From positions 22,134,001 to 22,198,000 of the forward strand of contig NW_026889751.1 of the NCBI RefSeq assembly GCF_033153115.1: DNA of 64,000 nucleotides, in the 5' to 3' direction. The translations under genes were made by a program, and so were the position numbers. This stretch comes from Saccostrea echinata (lineage: Eukaryota). A model generated the notes under the pieces. The model did not search any database and was not told the origin of the DNA. It saw nothing but the letters and a program-made list of their open reading frames with translations. Below are positions 26,601 through 38,812 of this stretch, one piece after another; position 1 is the first letter of the stretch; each line of letters opens with the position of its first letter.

Positions 26601-29600
26601 CTTCAACTTAACCAGGGTAAGTCTCGTCAAATTTTTAAATTCTATTTCGTCATAATTACTTCCGGAATTATGTGAGACTTCAAAGCGCATTATGATCAAA
26701 TGTTTCAAAACACAAGAAAAATACATGATCATAATACTATTCTACTTACTGAGAACTTGTCTCCCACTCTAATTTTTCTTGCAAAGCACACCTGAAGCAA
26801 AACTTTCTTTTTCAACAATAATGTCTTTTTCATAGAATTTGGAGAATGTTGTAGCATTAGTCCATCCAGCCTTCCTTAAAATTTCATCTACTGGCACAGC
26901 TGCCGATTTTGCTTTTGACACTGAAGCAGATCTTACACTGTGCGATCCAAATACATCTGTATTAACTCCAGAAAGTTTCATCACCATTTTGATCCATCTG
27001 GACACTGTGTCTCTCGTAACTGCCTTATGAGGTTTAACATAACTTAATAAAAGTGAATGTTCTCCATTTCTAACAGGTGCTGTCTTTAACAAATATTCCT
27101 TCACCACAACGTATATACAAAGTCTCCTATCTGGAGGGTGTACAACAGGCATTTTATAACCTGGTCTACATTGCTTTAGCAGTCTGAAGTATTCAAATAT
27201 GTATTCATTAAAGCACTTTTTCACATTATTTACAGAAATAAGATGAATTGTCTGAGCTCGTGCAGCATTTGTCAAAGCAATTAACATTACCAGTTTCAAT
27301 GTTAATTGTTTCAAACTTAAAGTCTTTACAGGAGACCATTTCTTCAACTGTCGTAGAACTAAAGATACATCCCGTGTTCCAGAATATTTGGGTTTAGTTG
27401 GTCTAATGTTATAAACACCTTTCATATATCTAATAACAAGAGCATGGGATCCAACACTGGTTCCATCTAACTTTATGCCCAATGCTGACAAAGCCCCCCG
27501 AGCGGTATTGAGTGAACTGTGACTTAATCCATTTTCAAAAAGTAAAGTCAAGAATTCCAAAATATTATTTATAGATGGTGAAACTGGATTAATTTTCCAT
27601 TCAGAGCAGTACTGAAACCATCTTTTGATGAACGTTTGATATTGTTTTTTAGTACCGATTCTCCATGATGCCATAATAATGGAGGTAGTTGTTTTTGAAA
27701 ATCCAAAATTTCTGTAAGCTCGCCGGACACTTGGCATGCAATCAAGGTCATTTCTTCCCACAGAGGATGAGTCTCCTTTTTGTGAGGGTTTAGAAGTAGA
27801 TCCTTCCTTCTCGGAAGTAATAATGGATTCTTGACTATACTTTTCATTAATCCTGTGAACCAAGTCTGAGTGGGCCATAATGGGGCAATGATAATCCCTC
27901 TTGCCCGGTCTTCCCGAATCTTCTTGATGCACAAGCCCATCAAACTAAAAGGTGGAAAAATATAAACATAATCAAAAGTTCTCCAATTCAATGGAAATGC
28001 ATCAACATAACTACATTCTGGATCTTGTTTCCATGAGCAAAACACTTCAACTTGTGCATTGAGTCTTGATGCAAACAAATCTATATCTGGACAACCTAGC
28101 TTTGAACAAATTAGTAAGAATATATCATGGTCTAATTGCCATTCCACTTGATCATTGAATTCTCTGGATAATTTGTCTGCTTCTATGTTATTTTTCCCTG
28201 GAATATGAGAACACTTCAACCAAATGTTTCTCTTAGTACACCATTCCCATACTTCCACTGCAAGTTTATTGCAAATTTGAGATTTTATGCCACCCATATT
28301 ATTAATATAACTAATGGCAGTAGTATTATCTGATAATATTCTTACATATTTGTTTTTCACAATATTCACAAATGATCTCAAAGAAAAGTAAATTGCAAGC
28401 ATTTCTAAGTAATTTATGTGATTCATTTTTTCTTCTTCTTTCCATCTTCCACCAGTTCTGATATTATCTTGTGTGCATATTGCTCCCCAACCTAACAAAG
28501 ATGCATCACTTTGAATAGTAATCTCTGGGTTACCTCTAGAGATAAGTCTTATCTGAGAATGAATATTGGAACACCACCAACTTAGTTCTTCTTTCATTTT
28601 TATAGTGATTGGCATTAAGGAATCAAAATTCCCTTTAGCTTCTTTTAAATGCTTTATTTTCTCTGTTTCTAGCAATCTGTAATGTAATTTTCCTAATTCT
28701 GTAGCTGAGAAACTCGAAATAATCAGTCCAATGACTCGAGCTACAGTACTTATTTTAGCGCGATCTTTATTCATTAAACACTTGCATTCTTCATAAATAA
28801 TGTCTTTCTTCTCCTCAGTCAATTCAGTAGTCATTCTTTCAGAATTTATTACATTTCCCAAAAATGTGATACACTTCTTGGGTTCAAATTGACTTTTCTT
28901 TCCATGAATCACAAAACCAAATTTTTCAAGATATTCTCTTGTGATGTTCACATTCATTCTACACTCATCAATAGTATCTCCAAACAGTAAAACATCATCA
29001 ATGTAAGTCATGCTAAGATAACCTAATGTTCTAAGCTTTGCAAAGATTGGTTTGAGAACCTTTGTGAATATTCTAGGTGCTGATGACAAACCAAATGGTA
29101 AGCAGGTATATTGAAATATTTTCCCTTTCCATCTAAATCTCAAATATTTTTGATGCTCCATTGCTATTGGAATTGTATGATAGGCATGTCTTATGTCAAT
29201 TGATGCCATAAAACAATTTTCCTTGACCAGATTTACTGCAGATTCAAAAGTATCCATCTTGAAATGATGGTACACTACATATTCATTTAGATTTTTTAAA
29301 TTAAGAATAACTCTGTATTCCCCATTTTTCTTTGGTCTAACAAATATAGATGACAGAAATTGATCTGGTCCAGGAATTGCCTCAACAATAGCTCCCATTT
29401 TTAATAAACTCTCAATTTCTTGATCTATCACTTCAGATTCTACTGAATTAAATTTAGGTTCATACAATTTACATTTTGTTGGAGCTACATCATCTACAAA
29501 TTCTATTTTACAGTTTTTCAACTATCTGTAATACATTTTTATCTGATGTAATTTTTTCCCATTCTTTGAAAAAATATTTCAATCTACCTGCATAAAATTC

Positions 29601-32600
29601 AACACTTTTCTCACTAACCTCATCATTTATTGAGTCTTGCTTTTCTGTTGAGTGTTGCTCTTCTTGGAGTTTTTTGGATAAAATTGTCCACTAACTCCAC
29701 CACTGTTTCTGTTCGAATATCCATAATTTGGATTATATGCAGAATTGCTATAATTTCCACGTCCTCTTGGTCTGCGACCTCTAAATCGTCCTCTCATTCG
29801 ACCTCTGAATGATCCTCCTCTGTTATTGTACTGCAGCTTATGACCAATCTTACTGCAATCTTCAATTTCTTTTGCCGTTTTTGAAATATCGTCACCAAAT
29901 AACCATGACGTATAAGGTACAGTTTGTGCACACAAATGCAAGTATTCATATCTCAATTCAGGCTTGATAAGCTCTCGTCTTGTCATGTTCACTTGTCTAT
30001 TTGCATGTCCAAAGAGTGCTTAACTATCATTGCATTCATCTATTATCTTTCCCAATTTCGTTTTATGTGAATCATCCAATTCATTCTCCAAGTCTGCTAA
30101 TTTGTTTAGAACTTTGGCCAAGATAATGGAACCTTTAACAACAGAGGTTTCGATGTTTTGCATTTTTCTATCAATAGTTTTTGCTTCTTGAGATATAATA
30201 TCCTAAACAAGTGGTTTGTCTTCACAACTTTTAGACCTTCACATTTTTCTGGTCTTGCATTGTTTTCATCTTTAATCAGATCTGAATTTTGATCTTCATT
30301 CATTCCATTTCTAAACAAATCTGTTATGTTTGTAGCCAAAGTCTCATCTATTTTCACATCACACACTTCTCTGCTCTTAAATCTTTTGCTCATGTTCATA
30401 AAACAACTTGTATTTTCTTGAACAGCTTCTGTGTCCAACTGATCTCTCTTCCTTTTCCCAGAAGTATTATCTGGATTTTCAACATTATCATCAGTGCACT
30501 GAATATTACTACAACTCTCGTCATATGCTTCATCATCGTAACATTCGTAATCATCACAGTCTTGAAATTCGTTTTCTATTCTATTGACTTTGTTATTCAA
30601 CGTGCCAATAATTTCATCATGTTTTTTCTGCTTTTCAAGTATTGTAGTCAATATACCCATAATTTGACTATCGTTTTGTGTATTATCACTATCGGCTTTG
30701 TTATGGACATCGGCCACAACTTTCATAGATTTTTTCGTTCCGCTAGACCTTGTACTTGTAGCACTTACCGTAGTACCAACAGAACTTCCGTGTTTCTTAG
30801 TTTTTGTTCCCTGAACCTCGGTTTTATTCTTTTTGGTAACCTCGTTACCCTTGAATGTTTCGTCTGTTGTCTTTTCTGTATCTATTTCTTCCTCAAAGCT
30901 AGTAGTGCTACGTAATTGTTTCTTTTGAATCATCTGTTCCGCCATTTTTACTACTTTATCATAAAAAAGTCGTAACACCACTTTATGGTAGTCGTAAAAA
31001 CAAAACTCCTCGAGTTTTGTAAACTAATAAACGTGTCTAAAAATTACCAGTTACAATACCAAGTAATGACAAAAAATGAGTTAACCACGTTAACCCAGAG
31101 AGAACTGAAGTTGCTAAAAGAAAGACCACGTCCTTCCCTATTCATAACTCGTACCACACTGAGGTTGCACATGCGTACTACTATCTCACATAATTCCGGA
31201 AGTAATTATGACGAAATAGAATTGACATCTCCCTTATTACATTTGCCTTGCTTACAGTAATTCTTAGTAGATTAGGCAAGTACTGTTTCTCTACTTCCCA
31301 TTGAAAAAAAAAATTTTGGTGTGGTATTTCTCTTTATCTTCTCACCTTCATTTTCCCCAGTCTGTGTGGTATTTCTCTTTATGTTCTCACCTTCATTTTC
31401 CCCAGTCTGTGTGGTATTTCTCTTTATGTTCTCACCTTCATTTTCCCCAGTCTGTGTGGTATTTCTCTTTATGTTCTCACCTTCATTTTCCCCAGTCTGT
31501 GTGGTATTCTTCCTTATGTTCTCACCTTCATTTTCCCCAGTCTGTGTGGTATTTCTCTTTCTGTTCTCACCTTCATTTTCCCCAGTCTGTGTGGTATTTC
31601 TCTTTATGTTCTCACCTTCATTTTCCCCAGTCTGTGTGGTATTTCTCTTTATGTTCTCACCTTCATTTTCCTCAGTCTCTGTGGCATTTCACCTTCATTT
31701 TCCCCAGTCTCTGTGGCATTTTAAAATGAAACTGTTGAATCCTAAATTATTTTTATTTTTATTTTTCGACCACCCAATGCATTTTTTTGAGACAGAAAAT
31801 CGTAAACCAAAAAAAATAAAAAATGTTCTCACCTTCATTTTCCCCAGTCTGTGTGGTATTTCTCTTTATGCAGGGCTCTCAATTCTCTATAATTGGGGTC
31901 GTTTAACGGCTCCATTCCCAATGCAAAAAGGTACCTTTTTTCCCAAAAGCAAACTGTAAATTTCCCAATTTTTTTTTATAGCAAAATATTTTTTAACAAG
32001 AGGCCCAAGGGCGTTAACGGTCACCTGAGTATAATACAACAAATTAGAGGATCCATAGAGTATAAAATGAACTGAAAGGTGAAGCTTTGTTGCCCAAAAG
32101 CAAGAAAAATAGGGTAATCAGGATCAACAAAATAATTAGTCTAGTATTCATTAACAGTTCATAAATTAGGTTCTAATCTGTTCCCCATTTATCACTCTCA
32201 CCAGACAGTATATAAACAAACTATCAGTGCTTCTCTACTCTATTAATTCCTTGTTGAAATCTCTTATATTGGCCTCTCTTGGTCTTTGATGAACATTTAA
32301 TAAGACAAGTTATTTTCGTCTCATTTTTATTTATCTATTACTTACAAGTCTACCTGATCATTAAAATTATGAAAGTACATTTTTGTATCATACAATAAAA
32401 ATTCTTGCATAATTCTCTTATTCTATTAACCTTTCAAGTACATTATTTACAGTGATTAATTATCACAAGTAAATGGCAAAGGGGAATAACTCCTCTCAGT
32501 AGAATACAAATATAATAGAGCCCTGGCCTGGACCAGAACACTTGACATAATGGTCTTGATGTTCAAAAATCTGGTAAAAATACCCTTCCTTATTAAAACT

Positions 32601-32809
32601 TTTACTCTTTTTGCCTCTGATATGCCCAGGTGCAGAAAAGATTTTTAAAGAATTTATGCATTTTCACTATATAATAAATAGAGGCCGCCCTAACAACAGA
32701 ACCTCTGATCCAGGGGTCATGAAATTCACAATTTTGGAAGAGACATCCTTGCTTATCATAACTATGTATTTGTTTTTAATTGTATTTAATTTTTTTAAAT
32801 AATACCCAA

Positions 32810-32843
<34 letters not shown>

Positions 32844-33524
32844 CTTTCACTATATGATCTATATAGCCCCGCCCTAGCACCAGAACCCCTGACCCTGGGG
32901 CTATGAATTTCACAATTTTGGAAGAGTCACTCTTGCTTATCATAACTATGTATTCAAATTGTTTCAATAATACCCAGGAGTAGAGAAGAAGATTTGCAAA
33001 GAAATAATGCACTTTCACTATATGATCTATATAGCCCCGCCCTAACACCAGAACCCCTGACCCTGGGGCTATGAATTTCACAATTTTGGTAGAGACACCA
33101 CTGCTTATCATAACTATGTATTCAATTTGTTTCAATAATACCCAGGAGTAGAGAAGATTTTCAAAGAAATAATGCACTTTCACTACATGATTTATATAGC
33201 CCCGCCCTGGCACCAGAACCCCTGACCCTGGGGCCATGAATTTCACAATTTTGGTAGAGGGCTCAATGCTTATTACAATCATGCCAACAGTTTAACTGCA
33301 TGATGTCCAGGAGTAAAGAAGAAGATTTTTAAAGATTGCATTAATTTTGATGGTTTTGGCCCCACCCCTCAGGCCCCAGGGGGGCAGGGGCCACAAATTT
33401 CACAATTTTTGTTCCCCTTCACTCATAGATGCTATATGCCAAAATTGGTTGAAATTGGTTTGCTGGTTCCAGAGAAGAAGCTGAAAATGTTCAAAAGTTT
33501 ACGAACGACAACGGATGAAAAGAG

Positions 33525-33564
<40 letters not shown>

Positions 33565-36500
33565 ATCTTAACCGATGAAACTTAATCACCAACAAGTGAA
33601 AGTGAAACATACCAGTTCTGTGTTGGACTGTATAAATTAGCGCATGCCAGGTATATTTTATAAAATGGTTCGGCTTCGATAAGGAACCAGGTTTTCCCAA
33701 TTTTCCCCAAAATGACGAAAATATTCCCAATTTGAACGGCCCCGGCCCGAGTCCCAAAAAGTGGTGTGAGAGCCATGTTATGTTCTCACCTTCATTTTCC
33801 CCAGTCTGTGTGGTATTTCTCCTTATGTTCTCACCTTCATTTTCCCAGTCTGTGTGGTATTTCTCCTTATGTTCTCACCTTTATTTTCCCCAGTCTTTGT
33901 GGTATTTCACTTTATGTTCTCACCTTCATTTCCCCCAGTCTGTGTGGTATTTCTCCTTATGTTCTCACCTTCATTTTCCCAGTCTGTGTGGTATTTCTCC
34001 TTATGTTCTCACCTTTATTTTCCCCAGTCTGTGTGGTATTTCTCCTTATGTTCTCACCTTCATTTTCCCCAGTCTGTGTGGTATTTCTCCTTATGTTCTC
34101 ACCTTCATTTTCCCAGTCTGTGTGGTATTCTTCCTTATGTTCTCACCTTCATTTTCCCCAGTCTGTGTCCCCAGCTGGCATTCTTTTTCAGTTTCTCACA
34201 CATCTCTATCACTGATGCCTCTCTATAAAGCTGACCAATGCCTATACCAACATTACCCATAGCCTAAAAATAAACATGTTCACTTTCACTGCACTGACAT
34301 TACCCATAGCCTATAAAATAATCATGTTCACTTTCAATATTCAAACAAAATTATTAATATTACAGTGAATACTGTACATGCATGTAACACTATATACTTT
34401 TCACATTATTTTATTTTTTCATCATTAAGAGCCTTACATTATATTTTTTGGGGTAAAATGTTCAATACAATTAAAGACATATAGTCAGGAAGCTTATTAT
34501 ATTGTCATTACATACACCATACATGAAGTCATGGATCTTACCCTCAGTTTCTTATATTTGTGTCCTGAGGCTTTGATCAGGCTCATCATCATCTTCAGTC
34601 CCTCTTTTTTAGGTCGGTTGATGAGTAGAGCCAGGGCCAGTCTGTGATCCACTTCTTGACAGTTAAAAACCTGTAGATGTATTCAATGCATGCAATTAGA
34701 TTTATGAATAGAAAAAAAACAAGACAACAACTTATGCTTTATAACAACCTCCTCACAAGCATACCTTCATGAGAAGAGCTGAGGTGAACTCTCTGATGAG
34801 GGGTGAACTTTGCTGCATCAGTTGATTCACTTTATTATTTATCCACAGGGTTGCTTGAGTCCTGTGTTAAAAGTATCAATAAAATGGGTCAATTTTTTTC
34901 AATACACTCCAGATATCATAACATACATGTATAATGGAAAATTTTTGCAATTTTTCTTAGCAAAACTTGATTCGACTGTAGCACTGATTTCATTTTGTTA
35001 ATGTTTTCTGTTGAAAGTGAAGACTAAAAATTTCCTGGTTTTGCTTACTTTAAAAAAAACGTATTGAAAAATATTAAACTTTAAAATGCAGCAATGAAAT
35101 AACCCTACACTATGCAACTCAACTGAGTTATTAAGTTCTAGACACCATTAAACAAATTACATCTTGTTCTATGGCTGGCATTATGGTTTCCATGGCAGTG
35201 AAGGTCATATGAAGGGCCAACTGTAGAGCCAGCAGATGATGACTGTTGTCCTTGAGATGTTGGAGGACAGGTAACAGGGTCTGTTTCTGGGCTGTCAGGC
35301 CAGGGCTACATTTATCTTCTGGAGACAATCAAAGAAACATTAAAGTCTTTTGAAGAGAGTGAATTGTTCAGTGAACTAATAGAAAAGTAACTTTTTTTTA
35401 CTTTCTAAAACATGATTTTTCCACATTTTAGAAAGTTATATCTTGAAAGTTGGAGTTATTACAAACATCTTTGTTTGATTCAATCCTTTAAACATAGAAT
35501 CTTGAATTCATTCATAATTTGCACCAACAGGTATACTAAAATTGTTTGCATTTGAAATATAATTCAGATTTTTTCTTGAAAACATTGTCATTCAAAGGGG
35601 TAAATAACCTTTAATATATAATTTGTGTCTGTAGTTTACCATTAGCTGTGGTAGCTGGCTGTGACTTTGCATACTTTGCGACCAGGGGGAGGACAAACTG
35701 TGAATTCATCACAAGAGCATCATCCTGAAATGAGTTGTCAATTCTCCAATCTCTGTCCACTGTCTTGCCCTGTACAATTCCCTCCCAAATCTCATCCTAA
35801 AATTAGGAAAAATAGAGCTTTAGTTCAGTAAATCTTGTCTCAAAATTCTCCATGTTACTGTGCATGTAGATTTTACAATGTATTAAACTAACCTGACCGG
35901 TGCTTGCTGCTTTACATTGACTGTCTACATCTTCAACCAAACTTATTACCTAACAAACACACACAATAAACTCACCTGACAGGTGTTTGCTGCCTCACAT
36001 TGACTGTCTACATCTTCAACCAAACTTGTTACCTAACAAACACACACAATAAACTCACCTGACAGGTGCTGGCTGCATCATATTGACTGTCTACATCTTC
36101 AACCAAACTTGTTACCTAACAAACACACACAATAAACTCACCTGACAGGTGCTTGCTGCCTCACATTAAATGTCTACATCTTCAACTAAACTCGTTACCT
36201 AACAAACACACACAATAAACTCACCTGACAGGTGCTTGCTGCCTCAAATTGAGTGTCTACATCTTCAACCAAACTTGTTACCTAACAAACACACACAATA
36301 AACTCACCTGACTGGTGCTGGCTGCATCATGTTGACTGTCTACATCTTCAACTAAACTTGTTACCTAACAAACACACACAATAAACTCACCTGATAGGTG
36401 CTTGCTGCCTCACATTGACTGTCTACAGCTTCACAAAGACTTGTCACTTTACTGAGTGTGATCAGACTCGGCAGGAGACTCGGTGAGCACATGTTCAGGG

Positions 36501-37564
36501 CCTGACACACCAGCTGATATGTGACCTTAGGTAAGCTCCTCAGGTTTTCTACTCCATTCTCTGATTCACTTAACACTTCTTGTAGCACCAAGGCCACATT
36601 GTAGAAAATCTCAGCAGTCTTCTCTGAGGGACCCGAGTCCAGCAGTTTCCTAAATCACAAATAATTACATCAGTCAGACAACAGGCCCAAGGGTCAAACT
36701 GTTAGTTGCCAAACTTAAAACATATTTTCAAAAAATATTAACATCCATACTTATTAGTGTTGTCAACAAGTACCCACTTAACCTGCTAACCATTAAAGGA
36801 TACAAGTATATTACAGGGTTACTCAAGTTTTAAGAATTTGATAGAAAAGATTCAAATTATTTATGACAAGAGGTCCAAAGAAAATTGAAAGCATAGTCAA
36901 AATAAATTCTGCAAATAACAATACCATACTAACTCTAAGATTGTGTCTTTTAGTGTTTAAAGGTTAGAAAACAAGACGTCCAAGGGCCTTAACGATCACC
37001 TGAGTACAACAATTTAGAGGATCTATAAACTGAAAAATGAAGCTTTTTTTCCAAAAGCAACAAAAATACCGGGTAGTACGATTAAGATCAACAAAATAAT
37101 TGGTCTAGTATCTAATCTATCTGTCCCTCATTTATCACTATTACCAAGCAAACTTTTAACAAAATATCTATTTTTAACCCCATATTATTACCTCTCACAT
37201 TGGCCTCACTTGGCCTTTGAAGAACATTTAAAAAGATAAGTTATTTTTGTTTCATTTTTATTCATCTATTATTTCCAAGTCTACCTGATCATTAAAACTA
37301 GGAAAGTACTTTTTGTATTAAACAATCAATGTTCTTGCATAATTCTCTTATTCTATTAACCTTTCAAATACATTATCTACAGTGATTAATTATCAAAGGG
37401 GAATGGCAAAGAGGAATAACTTCACTCAGTAGAATACAAATTAATAGAGCCCTGGCCAGGACCAGAACACTTGACCAAATGGTCCAGATGTTTAAAATTC
37501 TGGTAAAAATACCATTGCTTATTAAAACTTTTACTCTGTTTGCCTCCAATATGCCGAGGAGCAG

Positions 37565-37599
<35 letters not shown>

Positions 37600-38221
37600 T
37601 TAACACAGCCCTACCCTAACACCAGAACCCATGACCCAGGGTCATGAAATTTACAAATTTGGAAGAGGTACCCTCATCATCATAACTATGCAATTAGTTG
37701 AAGATTTTCACAGAATTCACACATTTTCACTATATTATCAATAGAGCCCCCCCCCCCCCCCCCCCCCCCAGAAAAAAAACAGAACCCCTGGGACCACAAG
37801 TTTTAAAAATTTTGTAAAAGCATCCTTGCTCATCATAACTATACACTTGTTTCTTTGCTTTATAACCAGGAGTAGAAAAAAATATTTTGAAAGAAATTAT
37901 GAATTTTCACTATATAATCAGTAGAGCCCCCTCCCCTTTCACAAGAATCCCACATGACATCACATAACCCTGGGGCCATGAATTTCACAATTTTGGAAGA
38001 GGCATTCTTGCTTATCATAACCATGCACTTCCTTTGTTTAAATAATACCCAGGAGCAGAGAAGATTTTCAAAGAATTGATGCATTTTCACTATATAATCA
38101 ATAGAGCCCCACCCTAACAGCAGAACCTCTGATCCAGGGGCCATGAAATTCAAAATTTCTGAAGAGGCACTCTTGCTCATCATAACCATGTTCTTAGTTA
38201 GTTTCTTTAATACCCATGAGC

Positions 38222-38255
<34 letters not shown>

Positions 38256-38561
38256 CACTATATAATCAATAGAGCCCCCCCCCCTTCACCAGATACTCTG
38301 ACCCAGGGGCCATGAAATTCATAATTTCTGAAGAGGCACTCTTGCTCATCATAACCATGTTCTTAGTTAGTTTCTTTAATACCCAGGAGCAGAGAAGAAC
38401 ATTTTCAAAGAAATAATGCATTTTCACTATATAATCAATAGAGCCCCCTCCCCCTTTCACCAGAACCCCTGACCCAGGGGCTATGAAATTCAAAATTTTG
38501 GAAGAGGCACTCTTGCTCATCATAACTATGTACTTAGTTAGTTTATTTAATACCCAGGAGC

Positions 38562-38595
<34 letters not shown>

Positions 38596-38778
38596 CACTA
38601 TATAATCAATAGAGAAGATTTTCAAAGAAATAATGCATTTTCACTATATAATCAATAGAGCCCCCTCCCCCTTTCACCAGAACCCCTGACCCAGGGGCCA
38701 TGAAATTCATAATTTTGGAAGAAGCACTCTTGCTTATCATAACTATGTACTTAGTTAGTTTATTTCATACCGATGAGC

Positions 38779-38812
<34 letters not shown>

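Larger units (their letters stand above)
26300..31223 (-). mobile_element. Full-length DIRS1-like tyrosine-recombinase retrotransposon in a KNTC1 intron
   Basis: gag / RT-RH-MT / YR order with overlapping ORFs. ITR cores 26381-26417 and 31158-31194. ICR 26553-26677 is complementary to both termini. AATT occurs at both ends and at the ICR junction. Confidence 0.95.
31320..34170 (-). repeat. 39-bp tandem array (>20 units) reiterating the donor of KNTC1 exon 34147-34263, split by a MITE
   Basis: Unit TTCTCACCTTCATTTTCCCCAGTCTGTGTGGTATTTCTCYTTATG reads on the minus strand ACACAGACTGGGGAAAATGAAG|GTGAGAACATAA. Blocks are 31320-31870 and 33778-34170. Confidence 0.92.

Noticed and set aside
26769-29590. 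Prophage or bacterial contamination (integrase plus Dam methylase)
   Set aside because: Domain order, overlapping ORFs and the ITR/ICR structure identify a DIRS retrotransposon inside a spliceosomal intron.
30289-30915. 208-aa plus-strand ORF
   Set aside because: Antisense shadow of DIRS gag.
31301-34262. Repetitive plus-strand ORFs (SHLHFPQSVWYF / FSPSFSPVCVV)
   Set aside because: Artefacts of the 39-bp minisatellite read antisense to KNTC1.
32776-38625. ORFs with KIVKFMAPGSGVL repeats
   Set aside because: Translations of 167-bp satellite units inside HINE elements.
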